Source: a virus (lineage: Duplodnaviria > Heunggongvirae > Uroviricota > Caudoviricetes). Taken from it: a stretch of 21,064 nucleotides of DNA. The DNA lies in IMG/VR virus record IMGVR_UViG_3300020048_000080. One strand, written 5' to 3'. The notes beneath the pieces were generated by a model. The model saw only the letters and a program-made list of their open reading frames with translations. It was not told the DNA's origin and did no database searches. Positions 1 through 7,319 of the stretch are shown here, one piece after another; positions within the stretch are counted from its first letter, which is position 1; each line of letters begins with the position of its first letter. Position numbers and translations under genes: made by a program.

Positions 1-259
1 CTGTACCTGAACTACCTGAGGTTCCGTTAGTACCTGACGTTCCATCTGTACCTGAACTACCTGAGGTTCCGTTAGTACCTGACGTTCCATCTGTACCTGA
101 CGTTCCATCTGTACCTGAACTACCTGAGGTTCCATCTGTACCTGAACTACCTGAGGTTCCATTAGTTCCTGAGGTTCCGTCAGTTCCTGAACTACCTGAG
201 GTTCCGTCTGTTCCTGAACTACCTGATGATCCTGAGGTTCCATCAGTTCCTGATGTTCC
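1..259 (-). repeat. 9-nt-period coding repeat, (GTS/GSS/GTD/GTN)n, at least 28 Gly-X-Y triplets, truncated by window edge
   Basis: Gly codons fall every 9 nt from 257 down to 5. Confidence 0.95.
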
Positions 260-2038
260 ATCACCAGCATCTGTATAAGTTATAACTATATTATCATTTA
301 ATGAAAAATTATTATTATTATCAACATAACTTACATCAAAAGTCCACCAACTACCGTTGTCAGTAACATTATTAATCTTATATACAACATATTTATTTGA
401 ATCTGATTCATGAAAAATTCTTAATCTTGATAATCCATAACCTGTACCAGCTGTATATAAACTTCCTAACCAAGCAGCAATGTTTGTATTATTTCTATTA
501 TTTTGACTTAAATAAATTTTAGTTGTACCTGAGAGTTTTAAATATCCAAATCCAGGATCTGCTGCTGTTATTCCAGTATGAAATTTATAAGGTTGACTAT
601 CACCACCAAAAAGACCTTGAGGTCCCATTGATGCTGTTGATGCACTATTCACCCAATATGTTCCATCAAAAGTTAAAATTTGACCTGCTGTTGGTGAAGT
701 TATACCAGAAGATGCTAGTGAACCAAAAATAGGTATTTCATAATGTCCAAGTTCAGGTGTTTCATATGTCATTATACCTGTTGAAGGATTAAAAGAAAAA
801 CTACCAGGCTCTATCAATTTATTAGAAACTTGCCATGTATTTCCAGTTGGATTCCAAGTTAAAATTTGATATTCCGAAGTTGGAGTACCAGACAATTTCA
901 TAAAATTAGGTATTTGTACTATATCTCCTGATTTTAATCTTAAATATAATATACCAGTCTCTCCAGAATAAGTTCCACCTGTTAAATAATTATCAAAAGT
1001 TACTGCTGTATATGATTGATTATACCAAGTTCCACCACTATACATTAAAATTTGACCATCAGTTAAACCACTATAAACATTAACATCCAATAATTGACTT
1101 AAATATGTCGCACCACTTCCACCACCTGAGGTTCCTGAACTACCTGAGGTTCCGTTGGTTCCCGATGATCCTGAACTACCTGAGGTTCCATTGGTTCCTG
1201 AACTACCTGATGATCCTGAAGTTCCATTGATTCCTGAACTACCTGAGGTTCCATTGATTCCTGAACTTCCTGAAGTACCATTGATTCCTGAACTACCTGA
1301 AGTACCATTGATTCCTGAACTACCTGATGAACCTGAGGTTCCGTTGGTTCCTGATGTTCCTGATGTTATTCCTGTAAATGTTGCGTTATGCCATGTATTT
1401 GTTGATGCACTATAAACTAATAATTGTCCATTACTTAAACTATTTAATGATACATCTACTAAATCATTTAATGTAATACCTGATGATTGAAACAATAACT
1501 TATCAAAAATTTCAACGAGAGTCTTACCTGTTAAAGTTTGTACAGTAGTACCTGCTGGTATACCACCAACAGTTGCTGGTGTAGGTAAACTCGGATTTAA
1601 TGTAGTATTATAAATTGTTTGTGCAACATTTGTAATACCTTGAAATTCAAGTCCTGTATTAGGGGCAAATGATATTCCACTAACTTGAACATTAAATGTG
1701 AATGCACTATTTACCCAACTAACACCATTATAAATTAGTAAATCACCATTAGTTAAACCACTTAATGAAACATCAGTTAATGCTGCTAATGATGTAACAC
1801 CACCTGTTCCACCAGAAATCAAGTCTAAATCAGTTAAAATTCTTCTAATTGATGTTGCATTTGTACGAAGCCACAATTTTTCATCTATCTCATTTAGAAA
1901 GAATTCTCCAACATAAACATCACTTGTACTCCATGCTGGTAATAATGTATGATCATCACTAGGTGCTGTAGTTGCACTTAGTCCAGGTATGATAGTTCGT
2001 TTTACAATTATTCTAGCAAATTTCTCAACTTTAGACAT
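1..2038 (-). CDS. Tail fibre / receptor-binding-like virion protein, partial (3' end beyond window, at least 679 aa); not in the ORF track
   Basis: ATG at 2038; hand translation is open to base 2: MSKVEKFARIIVKRTIIPGLSATTAPSDDHTLLPAWSTSDVYVGEFFLNEIDEKLWLRTN... It has several fibre-type L..L.DV...L..GQ.L.Y....W.N repeats, a VGGIPAGTT...GKTLVEIFDKLLF segment, a GPQGLFGGDS..YKF.....DPG.G module and two Gly-X-Y tracts. The N-terminus is paralogous to 2095..3057. Confidence 0.8.
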   Translation of the reverse strand, partial: MSKVEKFARIIVKRTIIPGLSATTAPSDDHTLLPAWSTSDVYVGEFFLNEIDEKLWLRTNATSIRRILTDLDLISGGTGGVTSLAALTDVSLSGLTNGDLLIYNGVSWVNSAFTFNVQVSGISFAPNTGLEFQGITNVAQTIYNTTLNPSLPTPATVGGIPAGTTVQTLTGKTLVEIFDKLLFQSSGITLNDLVDVSLNSLSNGQLLVYSASTNTWHNATFTGITSGTSGTNGTSGSSGSSGINGTSGSSGINGTSGSSGINGTSGSSGINGTSGSSGSSGTNGTSGSSGSSGTNGTSGSSGTSGGGSGATYLSQLLDVNVYSGLTDGQILMYSGGTWYNQSYTAVTFDNYLTGGTYSGETGILYLRLKSGDIVQIPNFMKLSGTPTSEYQILTWNPTGNTWQVSNKLIEPGSFSFNPSTGIMTYETPELGHYEIPIFGSLASSGITSPTAGQILTFDGTYWVNSASTASMGPQGLFGGDSQPYKFHTGITAADPGFGYLKLSGTTKIYLSQNNRNNTNIAAWLGSLYTAGTGYGLSRLRIFHESDSNKYVVYKINNVTDNGSWWTFDVSYVDNNNNFSLNDNIVITYTDAGDGTSGTDGTSGSSGSSGTDGTSGSSGTDGTSGTNGTSGSSGTDGTSGSSGTDGTSGTDGTSGTNGTSGSSGTDGTSGTNGTSGSSGT
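1124..1360 (-). repeat. 9/27-nt-period coding repeat, (GTS/GSS/GTN/GIN)n, 26 Gly-X-Y triplets
   Basis: Gly codons fall every 9 nt from 1358 to 1124; four consecutive GIN-containing 27-nt units. Confidence 0.95.
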
Positions 2039-2055
2039 TCAAAAAGTCTTTTTCA

Positions 2056-2084
2056 CTATATATAAAAATTATAATCAGAAATTT
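2056..2084 (-). promoter_or_regulatory. Putative phage promoter (TTTTTATATATAG; AAAT-N16-TATATA)
   Basis: Motif ends 17 nt upstream of ATG 2038; the same motif recurs at other transcription-unit starts. Confidence 0.5.
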
Positions 2085-2094
2085 CTATGTAACA

Positions 2095-3057
2095 TTATAT
2101 TATATACCACGTATCTATACCATCAGATTGTAAAGTTACTGTTATACCATTTGATATAGTTAATATATTGGTTGTTGAAAAATCATCTTTAAAAATTTTA
2201 TCATTAATATCACCTACTTCTACAAAACTACTACCACTTTGTATTAATTTAATCTTAAAAATTGTACCATAAACACTATCCAAATCACCAGTACCTGATA
2301 TTGAAGGTAGAAATAATGTAACACCAGAACCACACAATGCGGTGTAATTCGAACCTTTATCCAACGTATAACCTGTTGTTACACCAGATACTTCAAAGTA
2401 ATCTATTGGTCTACCCTCAATTGCTAATATATGATCACCTGATGTTGTGTGTATTGTTAAATTTTGATCCCATTTATTCCATTCAAGATTTTCAATAATA
2501 TCACCATTTATCCAAGTACCACCACTATAAATCAAAGTCTGTCCACTCAATAACACAGAAAAATCAACATCCGTTAATGCTGATAGAGTCGTTGTACCAG
2601 AACCTGAACCACTAGTACCTGAACTACCTGAGGTACCATTCGTTCCTGAACTACCTGAAGTACCATTTATACCTGAACTACCCGAGGTTCCGTTGGTTCC
2701 TGATGAACCTGAGGTTCCGTTGGTTCCTGAAGTACCACCTGAAGTAGCACCAGAATATATATTAGTAATATATGAAATTGGAGTGTTTATCCATTCAGAA
2801 CCATTATAATATATAACATCACCTAATGCAACAGTTCCTAATTGTGATAAAATAATATCTCTAATTCCATTATTTGTACGAATAAATAATTTATCATCTT
2901 GAAGATTAACATATAATTCACCTTTATATATATCTGTTTCTTTCCATGCTGGTGTTATAGTATGATCATCATAGGGTGAAGTTGGAATTGTAGCACCAGA
3001 ACCTACTATACTTGTCGCCTTTAAAATTAATCTACTATATTTAACATTTTTTGACAT
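2095..3057 (-). CDS. Short tail fibre / spike-like virion protein, paralog of the adjacent left gene
   Basis: 320 aa ORF; N-terminal DHT..PAW...D.Y.GE...N..D.KL..RT domain shared with the left gene; LTDV...L.SGQTLIYSGGTWIN repeat; Gly-X-Y tract; small beta-rich C-terminal domain. Confidence 0.7.
   Translation of the reverse strand: MSKNVKYSRLILKATSIVGSGATIPTSPYDDHTITPAWKETDIYKGELYVNLQDDKLFIRTNNGIRDIILSQLGTVALGDVIYYNGSEWINTPISYITNIYSGATSGGTSGTNGTSGSSGTNGTSGSSGINGTSGSSGTNGTSGSSGTSGSGSGTTTLSALTDVDFSVLLSGQTLIYSGGTWINGDIIENLEWNKWDQNLTIHTTSGDHILAIEGRPIDYFEVSGVTTGYTLDKGSNYTALCGSGVTLFLPSISGTGDLDSVYGTIFKIKLIQSGSSFVEVGDINDKIFKDDFSTTNILTISNGITVTLQSDGIDTWYII
2608..2736 (-). repeat. 9-nt-period coding repeat, 14 Gly-X-Y triplets
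   Basis: Gly codons fall every 9 nt from 2734 to 2608. Confidence 0.95.
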
Positions 3058-3073
3058 TAATTAAAATTATTTT

Positions 3074-5416
3074 TTATAAATTTCCATCTATTACATTATA
3101 TAACAAAGGTGGATTATTAGGTCCAGGTAAAACTACATCTAAACCTGCATCAAAAATAACATCATCATATAAAGGATCCTCATATCCACCATCCAAAACA
3201 TTCCAATCAAAAGTATATTCATCAGTTGTCTTTACATCATCAACCATTTTTAAAGGTACAGGTAATCTAGTTTTTCTATCAGCACCAATAAAAACCAATT
3301 CAATTGTTGAAAATGTTAAATTTCTATCTGTTTCCAAATCATATAATTTTAACATAAATTCATTGTTATTATTCTCATAAAGAATTCCAGTTACATTTCT
3401 TCTGAAAGAATCATTTAATGTTAATAATTCTGCATATCTTTTTGCTATATACTTCCTTTCATTATCATTTCTTCTGATATACCAATCAGCAGGTACAGTC
3501 TCTTCATTCATATAAACTTCATATAGTAACTCTGAAATATTTTGTAATCCATCTATATTTTGAATTGATAATACAACAGGAGGTGGATAATTACTCCATA
3601 ACGCCGGTTTTTCAATAATTATTTCATATTCATTTACCTCATAAACTAAAGTTTTTTGTAATGTTTCACCAGAAACTTCAACATATGTATATGGTTTAAA
3701 TATATTTGTTAAACCACTCATAGTACTAGAAATTCTTATTCTATTATTATCTGTATAAGAATATGAAAATTCACTAAGTAAAAATGTATTGAAAAATTCA
3801 TAACTAGAAACGAATAAACTTGGATTAATTTGATATAACCTCTCATATAATCTATACTTTATATACTGATTTAAAGTATAAAAATATCTTGGAGTAGAAT
3901 CATCTTGAAACAAAAACTCAAATCCATCATAATCAAAATATTTATCATAATCACATTCAATAGCAGTTATTTTTAAAGTTAATAATGCACCATTCGTAGT
4001 TGCACTAACAGAATAAAAATCTGTATATGGTGTATGATTTGTAAATTTATCTACTGCATCATACCAACTATTAGCAACAGATAAATTATCAATTCTATAT
4101 GTTGTATTTTTTAAATCATTTAAAATTTTAATAGGTATAGTTTCTTCTAAAATTATAATTCCATTATTAGAATTTAAATCCTTTACATATGAATTCATTG
4201 TTAGAACAATAGACGAGCCGCTATAAATATTTATAAGTATATTATCATTAAGAGCAACATTAAATGTATTTGGATAAAAAAATAACATTCTTCCTTCTTC
4301 TACAGTATTACCATTTAAACTAATACTCCAAGGTGAATATGTTCCTGTACCTACTGTGTTCAAAACAGATAAAACAAAATAACCCGTAGTTTTATCATAT
4401 GATGTAATAGTAGCAGTAAAGTAATTTCCAGAATCTTTAAAAACTAAAATTTCTTGTCCAGTAACATATGATAATTTAGTAGCACCAGTTAAATGAACTG
4501 TACCTGCAACTGGTAAAGTTAAACTTGTACCACACATTGAATTATATTTATAAACTGTTGTTATTCCTGATGTTTCACCGGTATAACTTATATCAGTTGT
4601 TGTACCTGTTCTAATTGTATATGAGTTTTTATGATGATTAATTGTTATATACGATGTAAAAGGTAAAGCAACAGGTGTTACAGATACACTTGCGGTTCTA
4701 TATAAAGTATGATTCTCTGGTAATTGCTTTCTAGCAAAATCATAATCAGTAAAAACTATTTTTGATGTAATTCCAGAATTTAATGATGAACTATTTAAAT
4801 TATATTTTATTAAATTTTTGAGTATAAAAGATTTACCTTCAATAAAATATTTAGGTTCAAATGTAATTGGAAAATCAAATCCATTATTAATCAAGAAAAA
4901 TTGTTTATCAGCATTAGAACCCATTTTAACACTACAACTAAATTTGTCTGATAATTCTCTTGTTAATAGTAAATTAGCATTTTTTAAGAAATATTGAGGA
5001 GTTACTTGATAAATATCATTTTCAAATTCAGAATCTTGATTTGGTAGTAAAACTAAATGACCTGGTCTTAATTGAATACCATCAATCTTAGTCCATTGTT
5101 GATTTAAATTTACATTAGAATTTGATGCAACATCAACAAAAACAATATTCTTAAGTACTCTATCAATAACATCATATTCATTATACATATTAACAATAGA
5201 GTATCCATCACCTGTTAAAAGGTCCCTCTTATAAATATCAGATAAACTATTAATATATGAGAATGTAACACCTGTTAAATACTTATTTAATTTAAAATAA
5301 ATATCACCAACTGCTATAAAACGATTCTCATTATATTTCTCAGAACGAGTTTGTTGTATATAAGTTGTACCACTTTTAACCCAATCAAATTTTCTAGACC
5401 ATTTATTCTTCTGCAT
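3074..5416 (-). CDS. Putative virion structural (tail/fibre-associated) protein
   Basis: 780 aa; VDVASNSNVNL...IDGIQLRPGHLVLLPNQ...ENDIYQV resembles the IDGV.L..GDRVL.K.Q...NGIY module of phage fibre proteins; SY..GQ.I....YF.ATITSYD..TG...L.V....G.GT...W.I.L.G is another fibre-associated module; acidic LDGG/FDAG/IDG C-terminus. Confidence 0.6.
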   Translation of the reverse strand: MQKNKWSRKFDWVKSGTTYIQQTRSEKYNENRFIAVGDIYFKLNKYLTGVTFSYINSLSDIYKRDLLTGDGYSIVNMYNEYDVIDRVLKNIVFVDVASNSNVNLNQQWTKIDGIQLRPGHLVLLPNQDSEFENDIYQVTPQYFLKNANLLLTRELSDKFSCSVKMGSNADKQFFLINNGFDFPITFEPKYFIEGKSFILKNLIKYNLNSSSLNSGITSKIVFTDYDFARKQLPENHTLYRTASVSVTPVALPFTSYITINHHKNSYTIRTGTTTDISYTGETSGITTVYKYNSMCGTSLTLPVAGTVHLTGATKLSYVTGQEILVFKDSGNYFTATITSYDKTTGYFVLSVLNTVGTGTYSPWSISLNGNTVEEGRMLFFYPNTFNVALNDNILINIYSGSSIVLTMNSYVKDLNSNNGIIILEETIPIKILNDLKNTTYRIDNLSVANSWYDAVDKFTNHTPYTDFYSVSATTNGALLTLKITAIECDYDKYFDYDGFEFLFQDDSTPRYFYTLNQYIKYRLYERLYQINPSLFVSSYEFFNTFLLSEFSYSYTDNNRIRISSTMSGLTNIFKPYTYVEVSGETLQKTLVYEVNEYEIIIEKPALWSNYPPPVVLSIQNIDGLQNISELLYEVYMNEETVPADWYIRRNDNERKYIAKRYAELLTLNDSFRRNVTGILYENNNNEFMLKLYDLETDRNLTFSTIELVFIGADRKTRLPVPLKMVDDVKTTDEYTFDWNVLDGGYEDPLYDDVIFDAGLDVVLPGPNNPPLLYNVIDGNL

Positions 5417-5418
5417 CT

Positions 5419-5450
5419 AAACTTTTTTCATTTTCTTCTATATATAAAAA
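5419..5450. promoter_or_regulatory. Putative bidirectional promoter (plus: AAAC-N16-TATATA; minus: TTTTTATATATAG)
   Basis: Lies in the 60-nt gap between divergent genes starting at 5416 and 5477; palindromic TATATATA core at 5439-5446. Confidence 0.5.
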
Positions 5451-5476
5451 TATTAAAGATAAAATTAATTGACTAA

Positions 5477-5806
5477 ATGAGTGAATTTGATGAAATAGAT
5501 TCCATGAAATATGGTAAAGAAAAAACTGAAAAGTTTACTGAATATTATAAGGAGAAAGTTAAAATAGATTTATGGTTAGAAAATCCTTATAATAATACCA
5601 TAATAGCCTTCAAAGACAGAGTTGAGTATAAAAAAAATGGTATATATCATAGACTTAATGGACCAGCAATAGATTTTAATAATGATAAATTAGATCAATA
5701 TTATTATAAAGGTGAAAAATATGAAACAGAAAAAGATTGGAAAAAAGCAACAATCAAAGAACTAAGAAAAATTAAAATAAAAAAATTGAATAAAAGTGAA
5801 GAGTAA
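5477..5806 (+). CDS. Hypothetical protein with an HRxxGPA motif and basic C-terminal tail
   Basis: 109 aa; GIYHRLNGPAI resembles the HRxDGPA repeat seen in phage and giant-virus proteins; ends ELRKIKIKKL. Confidence 0.7.
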   Translation: MSEFDEIDSMKYGKEKTEKFTEYYKEKVKIDLWLENPYNNTIIAFKDRVEYKKNGIYHRLNGPAIDFNNDKLDQYYYKGEKYETEKDWKKATIKELRKIKIKKLNKSEE

Positions 5807-6149
5807 TATACCAGAAGGATTTTATGCTAATTCAGTCTTATTTTATCCAAATCTTAAAAAATATCGTTGTATAAAAGATCTTAATATAACACCATATTAT
5901 AAATATGACCATAATAAAATATATTATGGTCATTTTTTAGAAGATAAAATTTTAGGAGATTCAATAGTAATGCACACACATAATTCTTTTAAAGAAGGTT
6001 GTGGTTTAAAATTTTCAATATTAGAAAAACATCACTGTATATTTTATTATTTGAATGATTATTTTATTGATATTTCATCAGAAGAAAGAAAAAGAAAACT
6101 TATAAAATTAAAATCTATTTTTGATAAACCACAACTCTATTTAATGTAA
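5796..6149 (+). CDS. Hypothetical protein
   Basis: 117 aa, GTG start overlapping the upstream stop; EERKRKLIKL near the C-terminus. Confidence 0.6.
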   Translation: MKSNIPEGFYANSVLFYPNLKKYRCIKDLNITPYYKYDHNKIYYGHFLEDKILGDSIVMHTHNSFKEGCGLKFSILEKHHCIFYYLNDYFIDISSEERKRKLIKLKSIFDKPQLYLM

Positions 6150-6927
6150 TTGGTGTGATACTATCTTGATAAAAACCTTCTTGAACACCAGTACCTATTA
6201 TAATACGTTGTTCTTCAAACATACCATCTAAAATTCTTTTATCTGTAATTTTTCTTACTAAATAACCATTATAATATAATTTGATAAAATCTTTTTCCCA
6301 CCATATAACATATTGAATGAATTCTTCAGTAACCTTATTTGGTAATCTGTGAGTACGAGAGCCAGCAGAATCATTTCCTCCACTACCATCACTAATATGA
6401 ACATTAGATTTTAATTCTTTATTTTTATGAAAATCTATAGTATCATCTGATGCTCCTTCTAATAAATCAATTTCTGGCGGCCAACTATAACGACCTGATA
6501 ACCAAAGTGCTGGCCAAAGATATGTTCCTGAATTCATTCTTGCTGAAAATATAAAGATGCCATATTTCCATGAATCTTTTGAACGAATAGCACAATCAGC
6601 ATTTGGTATTGTTGTATCAATTTCAGGAAAATATTTTGGTTTAACTACAGCACCAAATGAAATACCTTCTTCATTTTGTGAAATTAAAGATGGATCATAC
6701 CATTGTATCATATTATCAGGATGATATGGTGATAAACCTTGATGATCTTGATCGTCCCATTTTTCAAAATAACTCTCTTTAAAATCATCATAAAATTTTA
6801 ATCTATAATCGCTTGTGATTTTAAAGACATCGGGTTTAGTTTTTCCAAAAATATATCTAAAATTACTTTTCAATTCTAAAAAAGTTCGTAAAATCCAATC
6901 TCTAAATGTAGGTGTAAGTGTTGACAT
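6115..6927 (-). CDS. Glycoside hydrolase family 16 (laminarinase/beta-glycanase-like)
   Basis: 270 aa; WKYGIFIFSARM..G.YLWPALWL....WPPEIDLLEG carries the GH16 ExDxxE catalytic motif; downstream F..Y...W....IK.YYNG strand; no obvious signal peptide. Confidence 0.9.
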   Translation of the reverse strand: MSTLTPTFRDWILRTFLELKSNFRYIFGKTKPDVFKITSDYRLKFYDDFKESYFEKWDDQDHQGLSPYHPDNMIQWYDPSLISQNEEGISFGAVVKPKYFPEIDTTIPNADCAIRSKDSWKYGIFIFSARMNSGTYLWPALWLSGRYSWPPEIDLLEGASDDTIDFHKNKELKSNVHISDGSGGNDSAGSRTHRLPNKVTEEFIQYVIWWEKDFIKLYYNGYLVRKITDKRILDGMFEEQRIIIGTGVQEGFYQDSITPITLNRVVVYQK

Positions 6928-6941
6928 AATATTTTTTTATT

Positions 6942-6955
6942 GTATATATTAAAAA
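6942..6955 (-). promoter_or_regulatory. Putative promoter TTTTTAATATATAC
   Basis: Ends 14 nt upstream of the GH16 ATG at 6927. Confidence 0.45.
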
Positions 6956-6957
6956 AT

Positions 6958-7224
6958 CTATTTCCTATAGATTATACAATATGGTGAATTATCACATAAT
7001 TCTAAAATATTTTGATATTTTTTTCTTACAAGTTCAGGTTCAACATTTTTTTCTTTTAATGGAATAATTTTCTTTAATAATTTATAGTTAATCTCATTTG
7101 GAATACCTTTAAATAAGACTTTATCTATTTTATCCGATAAAATAAAATCTACAATATCTTCATTTAACTTGATCTTTTTATCAAATGTCTTAAAATAAAT
7201 ATTATCCTTTATATTAATTTCCAT
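6958..7224 (-). CDS. Hypothetical protein
   Basis: 88 aa ATG-initiated ORF filling the gap, with an upstream motif; no recognisable domain. Confidence 0.6.
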   Translation of the reverse strand: MEINIKDNIYFKTFDKKIKLNEDIVDFILSDKIDKVLFKGIPNEINYKLLKKIIPLKEKNVEPELVRKKYQNILELCDNSPYCIIYRK

Positions 7225-7245
7225 TTTATATTCATTTTTATTAGA

Positions 7246-7275
7246 TATATACCATTTATCAAAAAAAGTTTATAC
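7246..7275 (-). promoter_or_regulatory. Putative promoter GTATAAACTTTT...TATATA (AAAC-N16-TATATA)
   Basis: The 12-mer GTATAAACTTTT (7275-7264) is identical to 18554-18565 and sits 39 vs 40 nt from the respective start codons. Confidence 0.45.
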
Positions 7276-7289
7276 GTTAAGAAAATCAT

Positions 7290-7302
7290 TTTTTATATAT
7301 AC
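7290..7302 (+). promoter_or_regulatory. Putative promoter TTTTTATATATAC
   Basis: Ends 17 nt upstream of GTG 7320, the same spacing as at 2038. Confidence 0.5.
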
Positions 7303-7319
7303 ATAAAAAAATAACTTTA

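Noticed and set aside
523-732. 69 aa plus-strand ORF
   Set aside because: Antisense to the <1..2038 gene; no motif or start context.
1099-1415. Track ORFs 1099..1308 (-) and 1155..1415 (+; VPELPEVP repeats)
   Set aside because: Alternative-frame and antisense shadows of the Gly-X-Y tract inside the long minus-strand fibre gene.
1-2736. Repeats as a CRISPR array or DGR template/variable pair
   Set aside because: Contiguous codon-phased repeats with no unique spacers; no adenine-specific mismatch pair and no reverse transcriptase in the window.
3051-3380. 109 aa plus-strand ORF
   Set aside because: Antisense shadow of the 3' end of 3074..5416.
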